Position numbers and translations under genes: made by a program
In this document: piece by piece, positions 35,939-44,394 of the stretch
Layout: each line of letters starts with the position of its first letter
How positions within the stretch are numbered: position 1 is the first letter of the stretch
Origin: an uncultured Holophagales bacterium
GTDB taxonomy: Bacteria > Acidobacteriota > Thermoanaerobaculia > UBA2201
Direction: 5' to 3'
DNA: 64,000 nucleotides
Assembly (NCBI GenBank): GCA_964603505.1
Contig: CAZRVT010000002.1
Span: forward strand, 10,312 to 74,311
The notes under the pieces: model-generated
Told to the model about the DNA's origin: nothing
The model's input: only the letters and a program-made list of their open reading frames with translations
Databases searched by the model: none

Positions 35939-37177
35939 ATGGTCTTCCTGAACCTTGCCACCCAGCAGATGACGGTGAAGGTCGTCTACTACGGTCCCGG
36001 GCTGTGCGGGAAGACCTCGAACCTCCAGTATATTTACCAGAAAACCAGCCCTGAAACCCGGGGCGAGATGGTCTCCCTCGAGACCGAGGCCGACCGGACC
36101 CTGTTCTTCGACCTCCTGCCGCTGGAAGTCGGGACCATCGGCGGGTACAAGACCAAGATCCAGCTCTATACCGTCCCCGGCCAGGTGTTCTACAACACGA
36201 CGCGCAAGCTGGTGCTCAAGGGGGTGGACGGCATCGTCTTCGTGGCCGACTCGCAGCGCCCCATGGAGGACGCCAACGTTGAGAGCTTGAAGAACCTTCG
36301 CGAGAATCTCAAGGAGCTGGGGCTTGTCCTCGAGGACATCCCGATGGTCCTGCAGTATAACAAGAGGGACCTTCCCAACGTGATGACCGTGGCCGAGATG
36401 AACGCCATCCTCAACAAGGACGGTCGGTATCCCTTCGTGGAGGCGGTCGCCACCACCGGCAAAGGCGTCTTCGAGACCCTCAAGGAAATCTCCAAGGGCA
36501 CCCTCAAGCACCTCCGGAAGAAACTCACGGAGGAACAGGCCCCGGCGGTCAAGCGTCCGCCCATCCCCGAGACCAAATTCACCATGCGCGAGGGGGGAAA
36601 GGCCGCCGCCCCCGCGATGACGCAGGCCATCCCCGCTCGCCCCAGTCCCGCCATACCGGCCGCGCGCCCGGGCCCCGATTGGTCCGACACCCAGGTCTCC
36701 GCCCCGAAAGGGGTGAAAGGCGCCCCGGCGCCATCCCCGGGGCCCGCCCCCGCCGCTCCGGAGGAGAAAATCGAGTTCGGCCAGGTGGCCCAGCCGACCA
36801 GCCAGACCACCATGGAGGTCAGGCATGTTCGGGTGAAATCCTCCGTGGATATTCTGGGGGAGTTGGAGAAACTGCGGCGGCAGGTTCCCCTGGACGCCGG
36901 TCCCGCCAAGCCCAAGAAGAAGAGCAGTCTGCCGGACGTGGACATGCTCCTGGCCGGCAGCGCGGACCAGCGGAAGGAGATCAACAAGTCCTTCGAGGTT
37001 CCCATGCACAAGGGGACGCTCCAGAAGGCGGGAGAGGTCTCCCTCTCGCTGGTCCTGCGGGATGAAACCAAGAAGGGGCTGGGCGAGCCGATAAGCCTCA
37101 CCGTCCCCCTCAAGGACCTCAAGTCCATCCGGGAGCTGCTCCTCAATCTCAAGATCGAAATTCGGGAGCCCCGATGA
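35939..37177 (+). CDS. mglA: MglA-family Ras-like small GTPase with a ~220-aa C-terminal extension (Pro/Ala-rich linker plus unknown ~120-aa domain)
   Basis: The N-terminal 195 aa (MVFLNLATQQMTVKVVYYGPGLCGKTSNLQYIY...TVPGQVFY...VFVADSQ...QYNKRDLP) follow the MglA sequence almost position for position, including the MglA-specific YYGPG P-loop and TVPGQ switch II; start assigned at the MxFxN Met; no roadblock/LC7 mglB gene adjacent. Confidence 0.75.
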   Translation: MVFLNLATQQMTVKVVYYGPGLCGKTSNLQYIYQKTSPETRGEMVSLETEADRTLFFDLLPLEVGTIGGYKTKIQLYTVPGQVFYNTTRKLVLKGVDGIVFVADSQRPMEDANVESLKNLRENLKELGLVLEDIPMVLQYNKRDLPNVMTVAEMNAILNKDGRYPFVEAVATTGKGVFETLKEISKGTLKHLRKKLTEEQAPAVKRPPIPETKFTMREGGKAAAPAMTQAIPARPSPAIPAARPGPDWSDTQVSAPKGVKGAPAPSPGPAPAAPEEKIEFGQVAQPTSQTTMEVRHVRVKSSVDILGELEKLRRQVPLDAGPAKPKKKSSLPDVDMLLAGSADQRKEINKSFEVPMHKGTLQKAGEVSLSLVLRDETKKGLGEPISLTVPLKDLKSIRELLLNLKIEIREPR

Positions 37178-38607
37178 AAGCGTTCCCCGCTCTGGCATTC
37201 GCCCTCGTCCTGGTCGTGCTGGCCGCCTGTCAGAGCGTCTCTCCGCCGGAGCCGGTGGCGGCCCCGATCCTGCCCCTTCCCGCTCCGACGCCCGCCCCCG
37301 AGCCCGTGCCGGCCGAACCCCTGGAATTCGAACTGGTGGTGCCCGAGGCGGCGCCGCTCGAGGAATTGGAGATCGACAGCCCGCTCATCACCCCCGAGGT
37401 GGACACCCTGCCGCCCCACCCGGCGGTGGAGATAGCCATCCAATTTTATAGCGAGCGGGTGCATGGGAAGTTCCAGGCGGCCCTGGACCGCCTGGGCCCC
37501 CTGCGGCCCATGATCCAGCGCACCTTCGAGGAGGAGGGGACGCCGCCCGACCTCCTCTACCTCACCCTCACCGAGTCCATGGCGCACCCCAAGGCCCGGT
37601 CCCGCGTGGGGGCCTATGGGATGTGGCAGTTCATGCGCGGAACGGCCCGCCTGTACGGTTTGACGATCAATTCCGTCATCGACGAGCGGGCCCACATCGA
37701 AAAGTCCACACGGGCCGCGGCACGCTACCTGCGCAACTCCCTCGACGCGCTCGACAACGACCGGCTCCTGGCCATCGCCTCCTACAACTGCGGCCTGGGC
37801 AATGTGGAGCGGGCCATCCGCAAGTGCGGCTCCACCGACTTCTGGGTCCTCCGCCCGTGCCTGCCGCGCGAGACGCGCAATTTCGTCCCCTCGGTCCTGG
37901 CGGCCATCGAGATCGCATCCAACCCCGCCAAGTACGGCTTCCACTATTCCGAGGAGCCGCGCCTCCCCACGGAGGACCTGTACATCCCCACCTCCGTGGA
38001 CCTCCAGAAACTTGCCCGAAAGGCCGACCTCCCGCTTGAGGTGCTCCTGGACCTCAACCCGGAACTGCGCGGCAAATACACGCCCCAGAGCGGCTACACC
38101 ATCAAGGTCCCCCAGGGGACGCGGGACCGCCTGATGCAGGGCATCCCCGTCCACGTGGTCCAGCCGGGCGACTCCCTCTCCGCCCTGGCGGCGAAGTACA
38201 AGGTCAAGCAGGGAACGCTGGCCAAGGTCAACAACCTCCCCGCCGACACCGCGTTGACGCCCGGCCAGCCCCTCTACATCCCCGAAGCCGTCTACGAGGG
38301 GTACCACACGGTGCAAAAAGGGGAAAGTCCGTACTCCATCGCCCGGCGCTACGGGGTCCCGTTGGAACGGCTGCTGGAGGCCAACGGGTTCACCAAGCGG
38401 ACCTTGATCCATCCGGGGCAGCAGATCAAGATCCCCGGTATGGGGGGGGAGACGACGGTGGTTTCCACCAAGATCTACAAGATCCGCCGGGGGGACACGC
38501 TGGCCAAGATCGCCCGGAAGTTCGACACCTCGGTGGACCGCCTGAAGGCCGCCAACAACCTCGACGGCGACGCACTTTTCCCCGGACAGACCCTCGTCAT
38601 CGAGTAA
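37174..38607 (+). CDS. Membrane-bound lytic murein transglycosylase (MltD-like): lipoprotein, SLT domain plus three LysM repeats
   Basis: Lipobox LAAC; SLT catalytic region (ESMAHPKARSRVGAYGMWQFM, ASYNCGLGNV); three C-terminal LysM motifs (YTIKVPQGT..., HVVQPGDSLSALAAKY, HTVQKGESPYSIARRY, YKIRRGDTLAKIARKF). Confidence 0.75.
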   Translation: MKAFPALAFALVLVVLAACQSVSPPEPVAAPILPLPAPTPAPEPVPAEPLEFELVVPEAAPLEELEIDSPLITPEVDTLPPHPAVEIAIQFYSERVHGKFQAALDRLGPLRPMIQRTFEEEGTPPDLLYLTLTESMAHPKARSRVGAYGMWQFMRGTARLYGLTINSVIDERAHIEKSTRAAARYLRNSLDALDNDRLLAIASYNCGLGNVERAIRKCGSTDFWVLRPCLPRETRNFVPSVLAAIEIASNPAKYGFHYSEEPRLPTEDLYIPTSVDLQKLARKADLPLEVLLDLNPELRGKYTPQSGYTIKVPQGTRDRLMQGIPVHVVQPGDSLSALAAKYKVKQGTLAKVNNLPADTALTPGQPLYIPEAVYEGYHTVQKGESPYSIARRYGVPLERLLEANGFTKRTLIHPGQQIKIPGMGGETTVVSTKIYKIRRGDTLAKIARKFDTSVDRLKAANNLDGDALFPGQTLVIE

Positions 38608-38614
38608 ACCGGCC

Positions 38615-40144
38615 ATGCCGTCCCGACTTCACAGTGCCACCCTCCAGGGCATCGACGCGAGGGAGGTGGAGATTGAAGCGGACCTCGGGCGCGGCCTTCG
38701 GACCTTGGTCACCATTGTCGGTCTCCCCGACGCGGCGGTCAAAGAGAGCCGAGAGCGGGTGAAGGCCGCCGTAGCCAACAGCGGCTTCCGCTTCCCGGAT
38801 GGGGTGATCACCGTCAATCTGGCCCCGGCCGACCTCCGCAAGGAGGGCTCCACCCTCGACCTGCCGATCGCGCTGGCCGTCCTGGCGGCCGACGGCCAGA
38901 TGACCCCCGTCCCCGGAGTTCGGCGCCTCCTGGCGGGGGAGTTGTCGCTGGACGGCACCGTCAAGGCCGTTCCGGGGGTCCTCTCCATGGCGCTGCTCGC
39001 CCGGGAGCGGGGATTCGGGCAGATCATCGTTCCCTCGGCCAACGCCCGCGAAGCGGCGATGGTGGAGGGACTGGAGGTGATTCCCGTCGGCTCGCTGGCC
39101 CAGGCGGCCGCGTTCCTTTCCGGCCGGGAGCCCATCCTGCCCCTGACGGCCGCCCCCCCCGACCCCCAGGGCGGTGGGTTTTCCGTCGACTATCGAGAGG
39201 TGCGGGGGCAGGCCCTTGCCAAGCGGGCCCTGGAGATCGCCGCGGCGGGGGGACACCACGTTCTGATGACCGGCCCGCCGGGGACCGGGAAGAGCCTGCT
39301 GGCCGCGCGAATGCCGACCATTCTTCCGCCGATGACCCTGGAGGAGGCCATCGAAGCCACGCGCGTCCACTCCTGCGCGGGCCTCCTCCCGGCGGGGGAG
39401 GCGCTCCTCGATCGACGCCCCTTCCGATCGCCCCACCACACCGTCTCCTACGCGGGGATGACCGGGGGGGGGCAGGACATCCAACCGGGGGAGATCTCGC
39501 TGGCCCACCAGGGCGTCCTCTTCCTCGACGAGCTCACCGAGTTCCGGCGCGATGTCCTGGAGGCGCTCCGGCAGCCCCTGGAAGAGGGTCGGGTGACCAT
39601 CACCCGGGCGGCGCAGTCGCTCACCTTCCCCTGCGATTTCCTCCTTTTGGCGGCCATGAACCCCTGCCCCTGCGGGTTCCTGGGCCATCCCGTCAAGCCG
39701 TGCCGATGCACCCCCCGGCAGGTGCAACAGTACCAGGGGCGCCTCTCCGGCCCCCTGCTGGATCGGCTGGACCTCACGGTCGAAGTCCCGGCCCTATCCT
39801 TCGACGAGATGGACGCCCCCGAGGCGGCAGAGGGCTCGGAGGCGATCCGCCGGCGGGTGGATCGGGCCCGGGCGCGGCAGGCGGAGCGATTCCGCCGTTC
39901 CGCGGTGCGCTGCAACGGCCGGATGGGCCCCTCCCAGGTCCAACGGCACTGCGCTCTCGGCGGCGCCGCCCGGGCCATGCTCAAGGCCGCGGTGGACCGA
40001 TTCTCCCTCTCCGGGCGCGGGATGCACCGCGTCCTGAAAATCGCCCGCACCATCGCCGACTTGGAGGGGGCCGACGCCATCGGCGAGCGGCATGTGGCGG
40101 AGGCCCTGCAGTTTCGCTTCTCCCCCCACTTCGAGAACGCTTAG
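38615..40144 (+). CDS. comM: YifB/ComM-family Mg-chelatase-like AAA+ ATPase
   Basis: N-terminal Lon-protease-like domain, Walker A GPPGTGKS, Walker B LFLDEL, C-terminal Mg-chelatase ChlI-like helical domain. Confidence 0.85.
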   Translation: MPSRLHSATLQGIDAREVEIEADLGRGLRTLVTIVGLPDAAVKESRERVKAAVANSGFRFPDGVITVNLAPADLRKEGSTLDLPIALAVLAADGQMTPVPGVRRLLAGELSLDGTVKAVPGVLSMALLARERGFGQIIVPSANAREAAMVEGLEVIPVGSLAQAAAFLSGREPILPLTAAPPDPQGGGFSVDYREVRGQALAKRALEIAAAGGHHVLMTGPPGTGKSLLAARMPTILPPMTLEEAIEATRVHSCAGLLPAGEALLDRRPFRSPHHTVSYAGMTGGGQDIQPGEISLAHQGVLFLDELTEFRRDVLEALRQPLEEGRVTITRAAQSLTFPCDFLLLAAMNPCPCGFLGHPVKPCRCTPRQVQQYQGRLSGPLLDRLDLTVEVPALSFDEMDAPEAAEGSEAIRRRVDRARARQAERFRRSAVRCNGRMGPSQVQRHCALGGAARAMLKAAVDRFSLSGRGMHRVLKIARTIADLEGADAIGERHVAEALQFRFSPHFENA

Positions 40145-40152
40145 GAGGCCTT

Positions 40153-40662
40153 GTGGACACCCTGCTCGCCATCCGGACCCGTCGCTCCATCCGCCAGTTC
40201 CTGTCGGATCCCGTCCCCCCCGACGCCGTAGAAACCCTGCTCCGCGCCGCCATGCAGGCCCCCTCCTCCAAGAACCTCCAGCCCTGGCATTTCGTGACGG
40301 TCACCGGGCGGGAGGCCTTGGACGCCTTCACCGCCTACCACCCCCACGCCGCCATGCTGAAGCAGGCCCCGCTGGCCATTCTGGTGTGCGGAGACCGTTC
40401 CATCCAGCCGATCGACGGGTATCTGGCGCTGGACTGTGCGGCCGCCACCCAGAATGTCCTCCTGGCCGCCCACGCGCTCGGCCTGGGGGCCGTGTGGCTG
40501 GGGGTCTATCCACGCGAGGAGAGGATCGCGGAAACCCGCCGGCTCTTCGGGCTTCCCGAACCCATTTTGCCCATTGCGATGGTGGCCGTGGGACGGCCGG
40601 GGGAGGCCAAAACGCCCGCCGACCGGTTCAACCCCGAACGGGTGCGGCGGGAACATTGGTAA
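40153..40662 (+). CDS. Nitroreductase-family protein
   Basis: AGGAGG RBS then GTG; RRSIRQF...PSSKNLQPWHFV nitroreductase N-terminal signature. Confidence 0.7.
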   Translation: MDTLLAIRTRRSIRQFLSDPVPPDAVETLLRAAMQAPSSKNLQPWHFVTVTGREALDAFTAYHPHAAMLKQAPLAILVCGDRSIQPIDGYLALDCAAATQNVLLAAHALGLGAVWLGVYPREERIAETRRLFGLPEPILPIAMVAVGRPGEAKTPADRFNPERVRREHW

Positions 40663-40686
40663 GCATGGAGGAAGAAGCGGCCGGCT

Positions 40687-40715
40687 ACAATAAAGCGGCG
40701 GGCCGGCCCGCCGCT
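40687..40715 (-). terminator. Perfect 22-nt GC palindrome (AGCGGCGGGCCGGCCCGCCGCT) with adjacent T-run on the minus strand; probable terminator downstream of fabF
   Basis: Palindrome 40694-40715; plus-strand CAATAAA gives UUUAUUG after the hairpin on the minus-strand transcript. Confidence 0.4.
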
Positions 40716-40747
40716 GAGCGTGTCGGGATAGGGGCGCCGGAGGGACG

Positions 40748-42001
40748 CTACCGTCCCTCCCATTTCCGGAGAACCAAGCTCGCGTTGGTGCCGCCGAACC
40801 CGAAGGAGTTCTTGAGGGCGACCCGCACCTCCCGTTTCACCGCGGTGTTCGGCGTGTAGTTCAAGTCGCATTCGGGGTCGGGGTTTTCGAGGTTGATGGT
40901 CGGATGGACCACCCCCCGCTGAAGGGTGAGGGCGGCCACGGCGGTCTCGACGGCGCCGGCGGCGCCGAGCAGATGGCCGATCATGCTCTTGGTGGAGTGG
41001 ATCTGCACATCGCGGGCGCGGTTGCCGAAGAGCCGTTTGACGGCCAGGGTTTCGATGCGGTCGCCCGCCGGGGTGCTGGTGCCGTGCGCGTTGAGATAAT
41101 CGACCTCCTCGGGGGCGGTGTCCGCGTCGCGGAGGGCCGCCTGCATGCAGCGGAGCGGCCCGTCGCCGTCCTCGGAGGGGGCGGAGATGTGGAACGCGTC
41201 CCCGCTCATTCCGAACCCCGCAATCTCGGCGTAAATCTTCGCCCCGCGGGCCCGCGCCCCCTCGAGGGACTCGAGGATGAAGACGCCGCCGCCCTCGCCG
41301 AGCACGAACCCGTCGCGGTCTTTGTCCCAGGGGCGGGAGGCCCGCTCGGGGGCGTCGTTGCGTGTGGACAGGGCCCGCATGGCGGCGAACCCCGCGATGG
41401 CGATGGGGCAGACCACCGCGTCGGCGCCTCCGGCGATGGCCGCGTCGGCGTCGCCGTACTGGATCATCCGGTAGGCCTGGCCGATGGAGTGGGTGGCCGT
41501 GGCGCAGGCCGTGACGACGCTGAGGTTCGGCCCCTTGGCGCCGAAGGCGATGGAGATCTGCCCGGGGGCCAGGTTGATGATGACCCCGGGGATGAAGAAG
41601 GGGGAGACCTTCTTGTGCCCCTTCTCCGCCATTTCCTTTACGGTCCGCTCGATCCAGGGAAGCCCGCCGATCCCGGAGGAGACGGCCACGGCGACGCGGT
41701 CGGCGTTCGCCGGGGTGATGGCGAAATCGGCGTCCTTGAGCGCCATGGCGGTGCAGGCCATGGCGTAGTGGATGAAGGTGTCGTTGCGGCGCACCTCCTT
41801 GGGGTCGATCCACGCCTCGGCCTGGAAGTCGTTCACCTCGGCGGCGATCTGGACCGGGAAGTCGGGCGGGAACTCGAATTTGGTGATGCGCCCCACGCCG
41901 CCCCGGCCGGCGATGAGCGCCTCCCAGACCGGCTCGACGCCGGTGCCGACAGGGCTCACCAGCCCCAGGCCGGTGATGACGACGCGGCGCTTACTTGGCA
42001 T
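40748..42001 (-). CDS. fabF: 3-oxoacyl-[acyl-carrier-protein] synthase II
   Basis: [20 protein letters not shown]-terminus; active-site Cys in ACATA..., HGTSTPAGD and [12 protein letters not shown] motifs. Confidence 0.9.
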   Translation of the reverse strand: MPSKRRVVITGLGLVSPVGTGVEPVWEALIAGRGGVGRITKFEFPPDFPVQIAAEVNDFQAEAWIDPKEVRRNDTFIHYAMACTAMALKDADFAITPANADRVAVAVSSGIGGLPWIERTVKEMAEKGHKKVSPFFIPGVIINLAPGQISIAFGAKGPNLSVVTACATATHSIGQAYRMIQYGDADAAIAGGADAVVCPIAIAGFAAMRALSTRNDAPERASRPWDKDRDGFVLGEGGGVFILESLEGARARGAKIYAEIAGFGMSGDAFHISAPSEDGDGPLRCMQAALRDADTAPEEVDYLNAHGTSTPAGDRIETLAVKRLFGNRARDVQIHSTKSMIGHLLGAAGAVETAVAALTLQRGVVHPTINLENPDPECDLNYTPNTAVKREVRVALKNSFGFGGTNASLVLRKWEGR

Positions 42002-42224
42002 GCTGCTCGATATATTTGATGGCGTCGCCGACGGAGCGGATCCCTTCGGCGTCGGAGTCGGGAATGTCGATCTTGAATTCCTCCTCGAATGCCATGACCA
42101 GTTCCACGGTGTCCAACGAATCGGCGCCCAGGTCGTCGATGAACTTGGCTTCGGGGACCACCTTGCTCTCCTCGACGCTCAACTGCTTCACCACGATCTG
42201 CTTGACCCGTTCCTGGATGTCCAT
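41991..42224 (-). CDS. acpP: Acyl carrier protein
   Basis: [15 protein letters not shown] phosphopantetheine attachment site; 77 aa; 3' end overlaps the fabF start by 11 nt. Confidence 0.9.
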   Translation of the reverse strand: MDIQERVKQIVVKQLSVEESKVVPEAKFIDDLGADSLDTVELVMAFEEEFKIDIPDSDAEGIRSVGDAIKYIEQHAK

Positions 42225-42289
42225 GTCAAACCTCCTGATGGGATTTGCGACCCCGAATGTTTACCACATTTCGCCCCAAAAGGCAACCT

Positions 42290-42775
42290 TTAGGAGCCGC
42301 CGGATCGTTCCCGCGGACGGCCCGGAAACCGGCGGGCGAGGGCCTCCCGCCGGTAGGCGAAGATGGCCTCCAGGCGCGGCCGGACCAGGAGGGGATGCAC
42401 CAGGCCGCCCAGGGGGCCGAACGGGAGGGAATAGTGGACGATGTCCCGCACTACGGTTCCGCCCGAGGACGGCGCCAGGAGGTGTTCATGCTGCCAGAAG
42501 CGATAGGGGCCGGCCAGCTGCTCGTCGATGAAGCGGCGGGGCTCCTCCACGGCTCCGATCCGCGTGATCCAACGGACCGGGAGGCCGGCGATCGGCCGGA
42601 CGCGATACTCAATGAGCAGGCCCGGGCGGATCCGGTCCGGAAGCGGCGACCGGACCTCGAAACCCAGCCAAGGGGGAGTGATGGAGGGGAGGTTCCGGGG
42701 GTCGGAGAAGAACCTCCAGGCGGCCTCCAGGGGGGCCTGAAGGTCTTGGATCGTCTCGAACCGGTGCAGGATCAA
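42290..42775 (-). CDS. SRPBCC-superfamily (polyketide cyclase/START-like) small protein, probable TTG start
   Basis: ~160-aa protein with no Met in the conserved region; N-terminal part of the 305-aa track ORF overlaps the upstream gene and is rejected. Confidence 0.45.
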   Translation of the reverse strand: MILHRFETIQDLQAPLEAAWRFFSDPRNLPSITPPWLGFEVRSPLPDRIRPGLLIEYRVRPIAGLPVRWITRIGAVEEPRRFIDEQLAGPYRFWQHEHLLAPSSGGTVVRDIVHYSLPFGPLGGLVHPLLVRPRLEAIFAYRREALARRFPGRPRERSGGS

Positions 42776-42779
42776 GGCC

Positions 42780-44366
42780 TCACTCCTGGAGGGGATTCCA
42801 CTTGGCCTCGCTCCGCTCCTCCACGCGCGCGCGGCCGGTGAATTCATACAAGGAGCGGTAATTATAGGTCCAGCCCAGGATGGGCGAATCGCCGCCGGAG
42901 TGGGTGGTGATGAAGAAACGGTTGGAGAGGGATCCGAACGAGGAGGCCACCTCCATCGCGCTGGCGGGCTTGCCGCGGCTCGGGTCGGCGGGGACCCAGC
43001 CGAAGGGGGGGAGATAGACCTGTGCCCAGCGGTGGTAGACATCGTCGATCGAGCCGTCGTCCTGCCTGACCACCAACCCCGCCTCGTAGCGGGCGGGCAG
43101 CCCGGCGGCCCGGGCCAGGGCCAGGAATGCAAAGGTGAATTCGGAACACGAGCCGTTGCCGCGCTCGAGGACCGTGGGGGCGGCGTTCCAGCCTCCGGTC
43201 CGGACATAAGGCAGGTTCATATGAAGATATTGATGGATCTTGAACGCGATCCAGAACGGATTGCCCTCGGCGCCGACGATCTTCCGCGCGAGGTCCCGGA
43301 CGATCGGGTCGCCGATCTTCAGCTTGGTGCCGTCCGCCAGATACTCCTTGCGGATCTCCTCGGGGATCTCCGACAACCCGCCGACCCACTCCGGGAGAAT
43401 GAACCATTGCAGGTCGCGGGTCTCGACCTCGGCGCGGTAGGAGAGCGCGAGCTCCCCGCCCGCCGGGACCCGTCCCTCCAGGAGGAGGAACGGCTGACCC
43501 CACGGGTCCTCGACTTGGCGCGTCCCGCGGGTGAGCGGCTCGATGGGTCTGATGAGGCGTTGGTGGGGGCCATCGGAGGCCAGGCACGCATAGAGGCGGG
43601 CGTCCACCCGGTCCGGTGGCCCCCCGTTGGCGATGGCCTGCGAGAAGGTCACCGCCCGGCGGTGTGGCTCGCCGAGCGTGAAGGACCGGTCGGATCGGGC
43701 AATGTCCAGCTCGTAGATCTGCCGCTCCTGGAAGTCGAGGACCCACAGGCGGTCGCCAATGCGGGCCAGTCCGGCGGGATAGGGCCCCGGGGACGGGAGG
43801 ACGCCGAACAGCGTGCCGTCCGGGGTGGCCACGACGAGGCGATCCCCCCGCCGTTCCGCCAGCCACAAGTAGGTCCCGTCCCAAGCGATCCCCGTGGTGT
43901 CCGCGCCGGGCCCCTCGTAGGACTTGATCTCGGTCCCGTCGCTCGGATCCATCCTCAGGAATCGCTTTCCCTCGGTGGCCCAGAGGGTCGTCCCGTCGAA
44001 GGCCAACCCCTGGACCTCGGCCTCCACATCCGGCAGAACGCGGTCCACGCGGTCGGCGTTGGGGAGGAAGTGGAGCATCTTCCGGGTCTGGGGGTCGTAC
44101 ACCCACAGCGCATCGCCGTCGGCGGCGATTCCCCACGGCTTCGCGCAGGGCAGGCGCAGAGCGGGCCCGAACCGCCGGGTGAGGGGGTCCAAGGGAAGGG
44201 CCGTTCCGGTGGCCCGGTCGGCGATCAGCAGGTTCCCCTGGTAGATCGTCAGCCCGAACGGCTGCTCGAGGGGGACCGGGGTCTTGGACAGGATCCGGCC
44301 GGGCTCCGCGGCCAGGGCAGAGGCCAGGGCGACCATGGCGGACACGAGGTGGGGGAATCGGGTCAT
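42780..44366 (-). CDS. Secreted beta-propeller-repeat protein fused to a C-terminal transglutaminase-like cysteine-protease domain
   Basis: Signal peptide; repeated GxxLW/DGT(Y)LW blades; C-terminal GSCSEFTFAF...HRWAQVY...D triad region typical of the transglutaminase-like core. Confidence 0.6.
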   Translation of the reverse strand: MTRFPHLVSAMVALASALAAEPGRILSKTPVPLEQPFGLTIYQGNLLIADRATGTALPLDPLTRRFGPALRLPCAKPWGIAADGDALWVYDPQTRKMLHFLPNADRVDRVLPDVEAEVQGLAFDGTTLWATEGKRFLRMDPSDGTEIKSYEGPGADTTGIAWDGTYLWLAERRGDRLVVATPDGTLFGVLPSPGPYPAGLARIGDRLWVLDFQERQIYELDIARSDRSFTLGEPHRRAVTFSQAIANGGPPDRVDARLYACLASDGPHQRLIRPIEPLTRGTRQVEDPWGQPFLLLEGRVPAGGELALSYRAEVETRDLQWFILPEWVGGLSEIPEEIRKEYLADGTKLKIGDPIVRDLARKIVGAEGNPFWIAFKIHQYLHMNLPYVRTGGWNAAPTVLERGNGSCSEFTFAFLALARAAGLPARYEAGLVVRQDDGSIDDVYHRWAQVYLPPFGWVPADPSRGKPASAMEVASSFGSLSNRFFITTHSGGDSPILGWTYNYRSLYEFTGRARVEERSEAKWNPLQE

Positions 44367-44394
44367 TGGAAGCCTCCTTGCGATGCGATGGGGA

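Noticed and set aside
42290-43207. 305-aa version of the SRPBCC-like gene
   Set aside because: The upstream two-thirds overlaps the convergently well-supported transglutaminase/propeller gene in another frame. Only the conserved C-terminal ~160 aa (TTG start near 42775) is kept.
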